Assembly: GCA_026461075.1 (NCBI GenBank)
Contig: JAPJNH010000051.1
Span: forward strand, 65,816 to 129,815
Source: Chitinophagales bacterium
GTDB taxonomy: Bacteria; Bacteroidota; Bacteroidia; Chitinophagales; CAIODY01
Direction: 5' to 3'
Length of the DNA stretch: 64,000 bases
The notes beneath the pieces were generated by a model. That model did no database searches, was not told the origin of the DNA, and saw only the letters and a program-made list of their open reading frames with translations. The position numbers and the translations under genes are program-made. This document shows, in pieces, positions 45,901 through 54,593 of this stretch (position 1 is the first letter of the stretch; each line of letters opens with the position of its first letter).

Positions 45901-46241
45901 GCTAAGTATGTTGCACCATTATCACCTACCGTGGTAGATGCCACGTGAAGAGTTGGATCGCCTGCACCACCACTGCAAGAGGTACCGCAAGCTCCAGCGG
46001 TATGACCGGCTTCTTGACAGCTCACATACCAAGTATTCGGTAATGCCCCATTGTTTAGATTTAGGTTAGACGCGACGCTCCAAGTACCATTTACGGTAAC
46101 GAAGTTATTGGCTAAAGTGCCTGCGACAGGAGTAGCGATGGGATTACTGTTAAACAACTCCGTCCAAAATAAAGTTTGGCTAAAGCCCAACTGAATGGAA
46201 AAAGTCATAAGACAAAAGACAAGAAACGATTTCCGAAGCAT
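42939..46241 (-). CDS. T9SS type B cargo (1100 aa): MAM-like/jelly-roll N-domain + cadherin-like + Ig-like + about 6 PKD-like repeats + type B CTD
   Basis: Signal peptide. NDYDPD cadherin-like domain. Repeated PKD-like units. C-terminus FTPDANGLNDVF...IFNRWGEEVF...GWDGYHRG...GNLTLIR. Confidence 0.85.
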   Translation of the reverse strand: MLRKSFLVFCLMTFSIQLGFSQTLFWTELFNSNPIATPVAGTLANNFVTVNGTWSVASNLNLNNGALPNTWYVSCQEAGHTAGACGTSCSGGAGDPTLHVASTTVGDNGATYLASSFSETHDRAQSPIINCAGKSSIVISFNYILNGEGSDDNATLQLFDGTTWNNVLLAKTPLTCAPQGQWTRFSMALPSLYNNLANFRIGFLWDNDNDALGTDPSFAVDSINLFYTVLNNQPVAANDNLNAASGTATTTNVMVNDYDPDPTDNIFLNATIVTQPQHGTITGIGSNGGLTYTSTANYCGQDSFQYQICDNGSPTLCDTAWVFVQVGTSPAAPSGVTAASNPVCLGSGINISATGLAGMTMVWTGPSGLIGTGASISIAAAAVTQVDSGQYCVYQYQTVGCNSASTCILVDVNPIPQTPIASSNAPVCTGQSCNLTANPNGSPSGTWSWTGPNAFTSTQQNPVIPSVNAPQTGNYTVTNTVGGCTSLASAAVNVTTQFCLTPVASFSLSPNDTICSGSTITVTDLSINGPTTWSWNFNSTNTGGITVSIPSSNLQNPGIITFNSSLTTAATVTISLVAGNTLGNSGVFTKTLVIFPGAPLAAINASANSVCVGNTLNITDGSSNTPTNWAWSFANSSPATSTTQNPGAIQFNAAGNQIIQLIASNLCGSNVATKTINVKTIPTAQFSLNPPYCNNTPITLYDNTTGSPNAWQWTFGQAGSGTDTSTLQTPTHIYPTAGTYTIQMIAWNVCGASSAVTNQITITDCSLPVANFGIPADTVCMNTPIVLTDSSLHGPLIYYWALSGASPGISNQSSPTVQYGTPGTYSIKLTVQNAYGSNSMTKYITVLSCLPPTADFYMPTTTCASTCIDITNISTEAPFTSLWTFTGADSLFSTQINPKNICYQYPGTFTITLVDSNKYGKSNTMIKTITVLPAPRILTPNSTLVAGSDITLNAIGTGTITWMPNIALNQDTGNTVISSALNNIYYTVKDESNCPGPDTVYITMIYQNAVITVPNGFTPDANGLNDVFRITANQPINQFSMRIFNRWGEEVFHSEDYTQGWDGYHRGKEQNSGVYLYIINYQDLGDGEYKVLNGNLTLIR

Positions 46242-46346
46242 TGCTTTTTGGTTGATTCGTTTTAAAATTAAGGAATGCCCTAAAAATACAATATAATCGC
46301 CTTATCTCCAACCAAATCTTCATAAATAAGATGTGAGCAAAAATCT

Positions 46347-46354
46347 TAAATTTG
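46347..46354 (+). promoter_or_regulatory. Bacteroidota-type -7 promoter box (TAnnTTTG)
   Basis: TAAATTTG, 24 nt upstream of the ATG at 46378. It lies inside the track's GTG-extended ORF, which supports the shorter start. Confidence 0.4.
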
Positions 46355-46377
46355 AAGCCTTATCGAAACGCAAAATC

Positions 46378-47637
46378 ATGAGCTCCATTTTAATTAAGAA
46401 CATAAAACAATTGATAGGCATTGCTACAGCAGAAGAGTTAAAATCAGCTTTTTACGGAGCGAGAATAAGCAAGCTAGAAACGATTGAAAACGCCTATTTA
46501 TGGCTAGTTGACGGTAAAATAAAGTCATTTGGCACCATGCAGGATGAACTAGCGCTTAAATTAGACCTGCCCAATACCACCTTAATTTTGGATGCTAGTG
46601 GTAGAATTGTATTACCCGGTTATGTAGACAGTCATACCCACCTCGTATTTGCAGCAACTAGAGAAAAGGAGTTTTGCGACCGAATTAAGGGATTGAGCTA
46701 TGAGGAGATTGCTGCTCGCGGAGGAGGGATTCTGAATTCTGCGCGAAGAATGAAGGAGGCTAGTGAAGCTCAACTACTAGAATCGGCGTGGATTCGTCTG
46801 CAAGAGGTGATAAGACAAGGAACTACGGCTATCGAAATAAAAAGCGGATATGGATTAGATGTGGAGAATGAATTAAAAATGTTACGAGTGATTCGTCGTT
46901 TAAAAGAAATTAGTCCAATAAGTATTAAAACCACACTTCTAGCTGGACATGCCTATCCAATGGAATATCGTGAGAATCATGAAGGATTTTTAAAAATCGT
47001 CGAAGAAGCGTTAATTCCAAACGTTGCAAGAGAGGGCCTCGCAGAATACATTGATGTGTTTTGTGAAAAAGGCTTTTTTAGTGTAGAGGAAACGGCGCGC
47101 ATTATGGATGCGGGTGCAAAGTTTGGCATGAAATCAAAAATCCACGCAAATCAATTGCATCATAGTGGTGGGATTGAAATAGGTGTTGCGAAGGGGGCTA
47201 TCAGTGTGGATCATTGTGAATGCGTTGGAGAGGCTGAAATAAGTGCTTTGAAAGGAAGCGCTACGCTTCCAACCTTATTACCCGGAGCGGCATTTTTCTT
47301 AGGAATAGGCTACCAACCCGGACGTAGGATGATTGATGCCGGTTTGCCGATTGTATTAGCAAGCGACTATAACCCAGGTTCTTGTCCGAGCGGCAATATG
47401 AACTTTGTAATGAGCTTAGCTTGCACACAAATGAAATTAACTCCGGCAGAGGCCTTACATGCGTCTACCATTAATGGCGCACATGCATTAGAGCTAGGTC
47501 AACAAATGGGAGCCATTTGCGAAGGCTATGCAGCGAATGTATTAATAACGGAGCCAATGGAAGATTATAGCGTAATCCCCTACTCCTTCGGCACCAACCG
47601 AATAGAAAAAGTAATCGTGAACGGAAAGTTACTCTAA
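46378..47637 (+). CDS. hutI: Imidazolonepropionase
   Basis: 419 aa from the ATG at 46378. PGYVDSHTHLVF metal-binding motif, ARGGGI, amidohydrolase fold signature HA.Q..HSGG / DH. Confidence 0.9.
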   Translation: MSSILIKNIKQLIGIATAEELKSAFYGARISKLETIENAYLWLVDGKIKSFGTMQDELALKLDLPNTTLILDASGRIVLPGYVDSHTHLVFAATREKEFCDRIKGLSYEEIAARGGGILNSARRMKEASEAQLLESAWIRLQEVIRQGTTAIEIKSGYGLDVENELKMLRVIRRLKEISPISIKTTLLAGHAYPMEYRENHEGFLKIVEEALIPNVAREGLAEYIDVFCEKGFFSVEETARIMDAGAKFGMKSKIHANQLHHSGGIEIGVAKGAISVDHCECVGEAEISALKGSATLPTLLPGAAFFLGIGYQPGRRMIDAGLPIVLASDYNPGSCPSGNMNFVMSLACTQMKLTPAEALHASTINGAHALELGQQMGAICEGYAANVLITEPMEDYSVIPYSFGTNRIEKVIVNGKLL

Positions 47638-49562
47638 GCTTCTGGTGTTTCAGAAACCGCTGTAGCATCGGCACTTTCTGTAGTTTCTTCCTGCTTCTTC
47701 TCTTCAGCTTTCACGGGATTCGGAGCAGACTGTGGCTTGTCTTGATTCTTTGACTTCACTTCATTCAAAGCCTTTTCCATTTCCTTCATGCGTTCATTAC
47801 GAGAAGTAATCTGATCTTCTGTATTCTTGATTTTATCCAGAATTGTCTGACGAAACTCTTTGGTAGCCGCATTATCACGTACAGTACTCAACCAACCTTG
47901 TAACTGCTTTAAGTAAATGACTGCATCTTGATTTTCTTGCTTCATTTTACGGATAGTGGAAGTCATTTTACCAGAACGCAATAGCATACGGTTCTCCCAC
48001 TGTTTCTGCTTCTCCTCACGCTCTTTACGTTTCTGTGTAAAGTAAACATCCGCGCGAGCGTTCAAATCCTTAAACGCGTTATCCATCAATTTCCACAATT
48101 CACGACGATGCTTGTGCATCAATTGTAAATCTTTGAATTGATTTTGAAGATCGATTAATTTTTGACGAGCCTCTTTGAAGTTTTCAGTAGTCTTAGACTC
48201 TTCAATTGCAGCATCTAATAATGGTTTGAAGCCCGTATATTGTTCTTCACTAATTTTCAACTCGCCAGCTTGCGCTTCTTCCATTTTTTTATTTAGCTCC
48301 TTGAACGCCTTATCAATAAGGTTCCAGAGCTCTTGACGATGCGATGGCATAAGCTTCACATCATTCAATTCCTTTTGCATTGCTTTCAACTGCTCACGAG
48401 TAGCCTTGAGATCGGTTGAGTTGTTTACGAAGCGTTCAACCTCCTCAACTTTCAGTGCTAGTAGATCTTTATTCGAATTACTTTCTTGTTCAAATTGAAA
48501 ACGTAGTTCTTCATAACGACGAGAGATTAGCTCAAAATATTCATTGAACAAATCATGAATCGTTTTACGTTGCTCGCGTGTAAGAACGGTTTCCCATGAC
48601 GCTACTTGAATTTTCTTCAACTCTTCACGACTTGCTTGCACGTCCATTGATTGGGCGATAGCTTCCTTTTGTGCTAATACTTGTTGTTGTACTTGCTCAA
48701 AATTTGCATTCGTTATTTTTTCGTATTCTTCTTGTGCCTGTTCACGACGTTTGTCCATTTCTTCATAACAAGCATGAACGATATCATAGAGTTCTTGGCG
48801 TGTTTCGCGAGCGAGAGTTTTCTCTTGCAAATCGTTTTGAATGGCACGTAAGGTATCTCTCCATTCTTTGAAGATGGTAGCTGTTTTTAAACCTTCTTGT
48901 ACTGCAATTAAACGCGGTTTTAGTTCCTCATAGTTTGCTTTACAAGCCTCTTCATGTGCTTGTTTCTGCGAAGCTTGACGTTTATCTAAAATTTGATAAC
49001 ACTCGTTTAATTTATCAAAGAGTTCAGACTTTTTAGGTGCCTCGATAAGGGCGTTCTTCAAGCTTTCGCTCAAAGATTGAATACGTTGAAAAACAGGTTT
49101 TGCTTCCGAAGCAGTAGTAACCAAATCACCTAGGTTTTTCAATTCTTCTGCATAATAGTCGAAGGTGAATTGTGTGTGCGGCAATACAGCGACAAACTCA
49201 ATATGCCCGAAAGGCGGGATACGACGAATTTTTGTATCGTTATCGATACGAGTATCTAATTCGAAGGCTTGATAATTCAATTTACCTCTCTTCTTCAACG
49301 CGGTTTTAACGGCTTCCCCAAGACTAGCTGCCATTTTCTCTTGCACCCATTCGATGGCGAATTTATCTACTGTTACAGGAATAGTAGGCTTTACAATTTC
49401 AGCGAAGGTGATATATTGCCCCTCTTTTAAGGAGATCGCAAATGTTGCAGCGCCTGCTTTATTTTCTACTGCTCCAATTATCTTTGGTGTTGAAGCGGCA
49501 TAATGACTCAACAATAAACGACTTAAGTTGTCTCTTTGCTCACGTGACAATTCAGTAATCAT
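47634..49562 (-). CDS. DUF349-like repeat protein (helical, highly charged)
   Basis: 642 aa. About 7 repeats of a ~75-aa helical unit with a recurring R(Q/R)ELW.L(I/M)D.AFK(E/D)LN motif. No signal peptide. Confidence 0.7.
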   Translation of the reverse strand: MITELSREQRDNLSRLLLSHYAASTPKIIGAVENKAGAATFAISLKEGQYITFAEIVKPTIPVTVDKFAIEWVQEKMAASLGEAVKTALKKRGKLNYQAFELDTRIDNDTKIRRIPPFGHIEFVAVLPHTQFTFDYYAEELKNLGDLVTTASEAKPVFQRIQSLSESLKNALIEAPKKSELFDKLNECYQILDKRQASQKQAHEEACKANYEELKPRLIAVQEGLKTATIFKEWRDTLRAIQNDLQEKTLARETRQELYDIVHACYEEMDKRREQAQEEYEKITNANFEQVQQQVLAQKEAIAQSMDVQASREELKKIQVASWETVLTREQRKTIHDLFNEYFELISRRYEELRFQFEQESNSNKDLLALKVEEVERFVNNSTDLKATREQLKAMQKELNDVKLMPSHRQELWNLIDKAFKELNKKMEEAQAGELKISEEQYTGFKPLLDAAIEESKTTENFKEARQKLIDLQNQFKDLQLMHKHRRELWKLMDNAFKDLNARADVYFTQKRKEREEKQKQWENRMLLRSGKMTSTIRKMKQENQDAVIYLKQLQGWLSTVRDNAATKEFRQTILDKIKNTEDQITSRNERMKEMEKALNEVKSKNQDKPQSAPNPVKAEEKKQEETTESADATAVSETPEA

Positions 49563-49591
49563 AATCAGTTATTTTCAACTTGAATGGAAGG

Positions 49592-49599
49592 CAAATTTA
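49592..49599 (-). promoter_or_regulatory. Bacteroidota-type -7 promoter box (TAnnTTTG)
   Basis: Minus-strand TAAATTTG, 30 nt upstream of the ATG at 49562. Confidence 0.35.
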
Positions 49600-49652
49600 C
49601 GTTATTATCGTTGTGAAACAAGTGAAATAAGGGTTAATAAGACGAAAATGCT

Positions 49653-49660
49653 TACTTTTG
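49653..49660 (+). promoter_or_regulatory. Bacteroidota-type -7 promoter box (TAnnTTTG)
   Basis: TACTTTTG, 12 nt upstream of the ATG at 49673. Confidence 0.4.
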
Positions 49661-49672
49661 TAAAACCAAATT

Positions 49673-50620
49673 ATGAAACCTGTAAAAATCATAGAAATCA
49701 AATCAGAACTAGGTGCTGGAACACGCGGGGCTAGTTTGGGTGTAGATGCCATTAAAATAGCTGCTCTAGACTTTAGAAGTGATTATTTCAAACGTTATAA
49801 TACGATTGAAGTAAAGAACGAAAACGCTTTGCTTTTTGAAGCACAAGGCAGTCCGTTTGCAAAGCGTATTAAAGGCATTTACCAAATTTTTGATCGCTTG
49901 AGCACGACTGTTGCGGAGACGATGAAAAATGATGAATTTCCAATTGTATTAGCAGGAGATCATTCGACTGCCGCAGCCACCATTTCTGGGATAAAGATTG
50001 CGAATCCAAAAGCACGTTTAGGAGTTATTTGGATTGATGCGCATGCAGATTTGCATTCTCCCTATACCACTCCTTCTGGGAATGTACATGGTATGCCTGT
50101 TGCTATTTGTTTGGGAGAAGACAATTTAGACAAGCAAATCAACAAGCTTGATAAAGAGACGAATGAATATTGGGAAAAGTTGAAGAATATTGGCGGAATA
50201 AGTCCGAAGATTTTACCTCGCGATATCGTCTATGTTTGCTTACGTGATTACGAAAAGCAAGAAGAGCATATTATCAAAAAGAACAAGATTAAAGTTGTGC
50301 CGACAGCGGAAGTCAGAAGAATGGGAACGGAGCGTGTTGGACGTGATATTTTAATTTACTTGGATCATTGTGACATCATTTATATTACGTTTGATGTCGA
50401 CAGTATGGATTCTTCTATTAGTAAAGGAACGGGAACTCCGGTACCGGGCGGCATTAATGAACGTGAAGCGGGTGATTTAATTATTCGTTTGTTGCAAAGT
50501 GAAAAAATCTGCTGTTTCGAAATGACGGAAGTAAATCCAACATTGGATAAAGAGAATTTGATGGCGGAGAATGCTTTTGAAATTTTACAGAAAGCAACGA
50601 ATGAGATTTTAGCTGAATAA
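49673..50620 (+). CDS. Arginase/ureohydrolase-family enzyme, plausibly formimidoylglutamase
   Basis: 315 aa. Mn-binding motifs LAGDHS, DAHADLH, FDVDSMD. Proximity to hutI suggests HutG-like function (inference). Confidence 0.8.
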   Translation: MKPVKIIEIKSELGAGTRGASLGVDAIKIAALDFRSDYFKRYNTIEVKNENALLFEAQGSPFAKRIKGIYQIFDRLSTTVAETMKNDEFPIVLAGDHSTAAATISGIKIANPKARLGVIWIDAHADLHSPYTTPSGNVHGMPVAICLGEDNLDKQINKLDKETNEYWEKLKNIGGISPKILPRDIVYVCLRDYEKQEEHIIKKNKIKVVPTAEVRRMGTERVGRDILIYLDHCDIIYITFDVDSMDSSISKGTGTPVPGGINEREAGDLIIRLLQSEKICCFEMTEVNPTLDKENLMAENAFEILQKATNEILAE

Positions 50621-50648
50621 CAAACTACAGGATCCGTTTCATTTTTCT

Positions 50649-52076
50649 TTAAGGAGTAAAGGAGCGCTTTACGGCCTTTATCTTCCCATTAGGTCCTTGG
50701 GGAATAGTATCCACCAATTCTAAATGAATCTGAATGGAATCACCTAATCGCTCTTTAAGATTAGTGATTAGTTCTTGTCCGATCGCTTCAACATAATTTT
50801 GTTCAGGGACAATTTTCACTATTATATTTTCAAGATCTGTTTGTTCGATGGAAGATTGAATAATTCCACTCAACCCTTTGTATGCAGGATCTAGTCGTCC
50901 TACCCAACCTTTTTCTTCAGTGAAGAGTATATCATCTTCACGACCGAGAATTTCTAGTACGTAGGGCATTTTACAACCGCAAGCGCAATTCGAATCTTTG
51001 AATGCATTTTGATCAAACTTAATCCAATCGCCCGTTTGATAGCGGATTAACGGAAACATCCATTGACGAAAAGAGGTTACAACCAGTTCTGCAATTCCTT
51101 CGCCTTCGGTATAAAACTTTCCATTTTGATAAAATTCAAAAACTGCAGAATCGATATTCAGATGTAATTTCCCTTCGGGGCATTCGGTGATAAACGGACC
51201 GCCTTCAGAAGAAGAATATTGATTATACACTTTGCAGTTAAAAGCTTTTTCGATTTCATTCCTTTGGTAATCGAACAATGTTTCTGCTGTGGTTGCGATA
51301 GCTGTAGGCGTAAAAACTAACTGTAGCTTATGGCGATTGATATAATTTGCGAGAATATAAATCGCCGAGGGATATGCGTCAATTAGTTCCGGTTGAAATT
51401 GATTCAACTTCTGAACATACGCTCTCATATTCTCCTCTGTAAGGTGATAGGAAGACATGAAAAGCTGCTGGTGTAGCGGATTATATACCCAAAACGGTGG
51501 TTTTGTATCATTGGGATGAATAACTATTTTCCCTGAAATACGAACTGATTTAAATTTTTCGGGCAATCCACAATTATCATGAAATCGGCGCCACAATGCG
51601 AAGCCAATTTGAAAGGACTCATCATCATAAGGAATAGTGGTCGGGGTTCCTGAGGTACCACTGGTGTGATTGAGATAAACAAGTTTTCGCATATTGTTCC
51701 ATACATCTTGGCCCGCATTTTTCAAGCTAGACTTATTAACTAATGGAAACTGTAACAAAACATCATTGGCTAGATAATTATTTTTTTTAATAGAGGCTAT
51801 TAATTCATTCGACAAATGTGTTTTTAAACTATTTCTATAAAACAGCGTACAGTAATAAGCTTCGGAATACAATTTGGCAAGCTGTTTACTCCTGTAATTA
51901 TTAAGTTCTTCCGAAGACAAAAACCAATTCTTTCTATAACGATCTAGATATTTTACATAATAACTTCCATAACGCTTCTGCTGCTGGTTTAGCATTAGTA
52001 AATAAGTAATTAAGGATTTTAGGAAGTAAGGCAGCCTATAGTAAAGTCCACCCAAGTGCTTTTTAAGTTTGCTCAT
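50649..52076 (-). CDS. Phenylacetate-CoA ligase / CapK-like adenylate-forming enzyme
   Basis: 475 aa. AMP-binding P-loop HTSGTSGTPTT. Sits within a polysaccharide operon. Confidence 0.75.
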   Translation of the reverse strand: MSKLKKHLGGLYYRLPYFLKSLITYLLMLNQQQKRYGSYYVKYLDRYRKNWFLSSEELNNYRSKQLAKLYSEAYYCTLFYRNSLKTHLSNELIASIKKNNYLANDVLLQFPLVNKSSLKNAGQDVWNNMRKLVYLNHTSGTSGTPTTIPYDDESFQIGFALWRRFHDNCGLPEKFKSVRISGKIVIHPNDTKPPFWVYNPLHQQLFMSSYHLTEENMRAYVQKLNQFQPELIDAYPSAIYILANYINRHKLQLVFTPTAIATTAETLFDYQRNEIEKAFNCKVYNQYSSSEGGPFITECPEGKLHLNIDSAVFEFYQNGKFYTEGEGIAELVVTSFRQWMFPLIRYQTGDWIKFDQNAFKDSNCACGCKMPYVLEILGREDDILFTEEKGWVGRLDPAYKGLSGIIQSSIEQTDLENIIVKIVPEQNYVEAIGQELITNLKERLGDSIQIHLELVDTIPQGPNGKIKAVKRSFTP

Positions 52077-53337
52077 TACTTATACAATTTATAATCTTTT
52101 TATTCTTAGAATCAATAATCAACTTGTACACGATTGAAATAATTGCAAATGCAATCCAGAATTCACGCTTACGAAGATGATAAGTATAACCCCAGCTGAT
52201 TAACCAGCCAATTACAAAAGGTCGTAGCTCCATTAAAAAGGCGAACCAAGGATGTATCTCATTTGACTCATCTACCACTATCCTTTTCGAGAATAACATC
52301 TGGAGCATAAAGTACATGAGTAGTATGTAAGGAATAATCCCAAGTAAACCCGTTTCACCAATTATTTTCAAGTAGGTAGAATGCACTTCATGACGTTCGT
52401 AACGTCCCATGAAACCACCAATTCCAGAACCCGTTAATGGATTATCATAAAAGGCGGTCAAGGCACTTTCAAAATTTCGATTGATAAAAGCTGTGCCATT
52501 CACTTTGGAATGAGAATCAGAAATCTCCATTGGCTCTAGAATACGTGTACGTACTTTGGCAAAAATTCGTTTATTAATTTGGGGGGCAATGGTGGGCAGT
52601 TCGTTGAACATCCAAACTAGTCCTGCCAGTAAAAGCAAAACAGTGAAAAAGGAACTCAGGCGTCGCTTCATTATCAAATACAATAATATCCCGACACTCG
52701 CACCAATATAAGCAGCAACTTTACCAGTTAAAACAAAAAATATAAATCCTATAATTAAAGATATTCTGAACAATACTTTCTGATTAGCGCTTAATCGATT
52801 CTTAAGTTCTGTACGTACAAAAGCATATACAATAAATAGAGTTATTTGCATGAATGCACCTGCCTGACCTGCGTTACGAAATCCGCTCAAAGCTTCGCCA
52901 TCAGCTCTTGCTTTAAAAATTCGAGGTAAGCCAAAGGAGGTAAAATAGGAGTCGTAAATACCTATAGCTGATGCAATCAAATTAACCCAAGCTAAGGCAA
53001 GGAAAAGTTGTACTATATTTTTTTGTTCTGTATAGATTGAAAAAATACATTGACTTACTGCAATTAGAAACAAAAGTATTATTACTTCATTAAAGGAACT
53101 CATCGGAAAATCAGACCCAGTGATTCCTATAAAAAAACCTGTAATTAGTAACCACGCCATTTGATAAGGAACAGATGTTTTAAACTTACCCTGCTGAAGT
53201 ATAAAAACGATTAGCGCAGCAAGTCCAAAAAAATCCGCCAAAACAAATCGACTTAAGACACTCCCTTCTCCAAATAACGGGCGAGTTATAAAAGATGCAA
53301 TGATGTAACAAAAAAACAAGAATCTTAACACTTTCAT
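52063..53337 (-). CDS. O-antigen polymerase/ligase-like (Wzy-type) polytopic membrane protein
   Basis: 424 aa, about 10-11 TM segments with one large loop (RILEPMEISDSHSKVNG...HEVHSTYLKIIGETG). Context also fits. Confidence 0.7.
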   Translation of the reverse strand: MKVLRFLFFCYIIASFITRPLFGEGSVLSRFVLADFFGLAALIVFILQQGKFKTSVPYQMAWLLITGFFIGITGSDFPMSSFNEVIILLFLIAVSQCIFSIYTEQKNIVQLFLALAWVNLIASAIGIYDSYFTSFGLPRIFKARADGEALSGFRNAGQAGAFMQITLFIVYAFVRTELKNRLSANQKVLFRISLIIGFIFFVLTGKVAAYIGASVGILLYLIMKRRLSSFFTVLLLLAGLVWMFNELPTIAPQINKRIFAKVRTRILEPMEISDSHSKVNGTAFINRNFESALTAFYDNPLTGSGIGGFMGRYERHEVHSTYLKIIGETGLLGIIPYILLMYFMLQMLFSKRIVVDESNEIHPWFAFLMELRPFVIGWLISWGYTYHLRKREFWIAFAIISIVYKLIIDSKNKKIINCISNEQT

Positions 53338-54593
53338 AGTTGCTGTATTAAGTCAGCGAGCGTTCTTGCCTGTTCCTTTCTATCAAATTTCATTAGAAGC
53401 GCTTGATTGTATCCTTGCGGAGTATACTCCTTTACTTTTTTCATCCAATGAGCAATTACTTCAAGATTCAATTCTTCAAATTGTTTTCCGTAAAAGCAAT
53501 TTCCATTAAATGAGGATTCATTTAACAGCTCTAACACTTCTGCTTCGGAAGGACAAAGCGTTAAGATTGGAAGTCCCGTATTTAGGTATTCAAAAACTTT
53601 AATTGGTACTGCAAATTGATCTTGCTCTGAGTTACCTAGAAGTAAAAGGCATGCATCCACCTGTTTATAATAATCTTCCACTTGTTGTTGAGAAAGAACA
53701 CCAAGAATTTTCACGCTCCCAGAATTAAGATACGGTTCAAATAGTTTGAGTTCAAGCGGGGTTAGATTGGAAGCGATATGAAATTCGTAATTAGAAATGG
53801 CATTCGTTTTTGAGAGCATCTCAAATAATCGAAGAATAATAAAAATGTCGCGAGGGTGCGCGCTATTTAAATATAAAGATCCGGCGTAAAACAATTTGAC
53901 TACCTCTGAATTTGGCTTAGATGATTCAAGGGTGTTGGAAGGATAATTTTGCAAATCAATCCCATTATAAATAATAGAAGATTTACTTTTTATGAATGGG
54001 TAACGTTCTACATAACACTTCATCATTCCTATAGAGATAAAGAGAATATGGTTGCTTCTTTTCATAGCCCATAATTCCAAGAGATAATCGAGCCAACGCA
54101 ATAATATAAAGCGTTTAAATAGTCCCTTTGTAAAGTAGAAATCTCGAAAATCTAGGACTAGTTTTTTTTCAAACTGAAGACTTAATAGCAGCGCCACAAG
54201 TATATTAACGAAGCTTGGTGCTGTCGCAAAGATACAGTCGATATCTTTTTCTTTTTTTAGAAAAGCTCTTCCCATTTTCAACGCACGTGGAGCCCAAACA
54301 ATTCCACGATCAGGAAATAAAAAATGTCGTATAACGGAGCTAAGTAGGCCTGGCTTTAATACTTCCTTTGAAGTACGTTGTCCAGGTTTAAAAGAAGGAG
54401 GTGTATCAACAAAATGAATGTGCTCCTCTTGCAAACTGCTTCCGTAACCTAATGAAGAAATTTGATTACTAGCGGTTAAAACAAATGATTGGCAATTGAA
54501 TTCTGGCAGATATTTCGCGAAATAAAAAGCACGTTTCGCAGCAGGTGAATTTGCTGGAGGAAAAGAATAACTTATGAGGAGTACTTTTTTCAT
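53334..54593 (-). CDS. Glycosyltransferase (GT-B fold, GT4-like)
   Basis: 419 aa. MKKVLLISYSFPPANSPAAKR N-terminus, C-terminal E..(F/V)EYL..G.P motif (IKVFEYLNTGLPIL). 4-nt overlap with the downstream gene. Confidence 0.7.
   Translation of the reverse strand: MKKVLLISYSFPPANSPAAKRAFYFAKYLPEFNCQSFVLTASNQISSLGYGSSLQEEHIHFVDTPPSFKPGQRTSKEVLKPGLLSSVIRHFLFPDRGIVWAPRALKMGRAFLKKEKDIDCIFATAPSFVNILVALLLSLQFEKKLVLDFRDFYFTKGLFKRFILLRWLDYLLELWAMKRSNHILFISIGMMKCYVERYPFIKSKSSIIYNGIDLQNYPSNTLESSKPNSEVVKLFYAGSLYLNSAHPRDIFIILRLFEMLSKTNAISNYEFHIASNLTPLELKLFEPYLNSGSVKILGVLSQQQVEDYYKQVDACLLLLGNSEQDQFAVPIKVFEYLNTGLPILTLCPSEAEVLELLNESSFNGNCFYGKQFEELNLEVIAHWMKKVKEYTPQGYNQALLMKFDRKEQARTLADLIQQL

Noticed and set aside
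49528-49734. 68-aa plus-strand ORF spanning the DUF349 / arginase-family intergenic region.
   Set aside because: It overlaps the DUF349 start and the arginase-family start in other frames and covers both predicted -7 boxes. Its composition is atypical and it has no motif.
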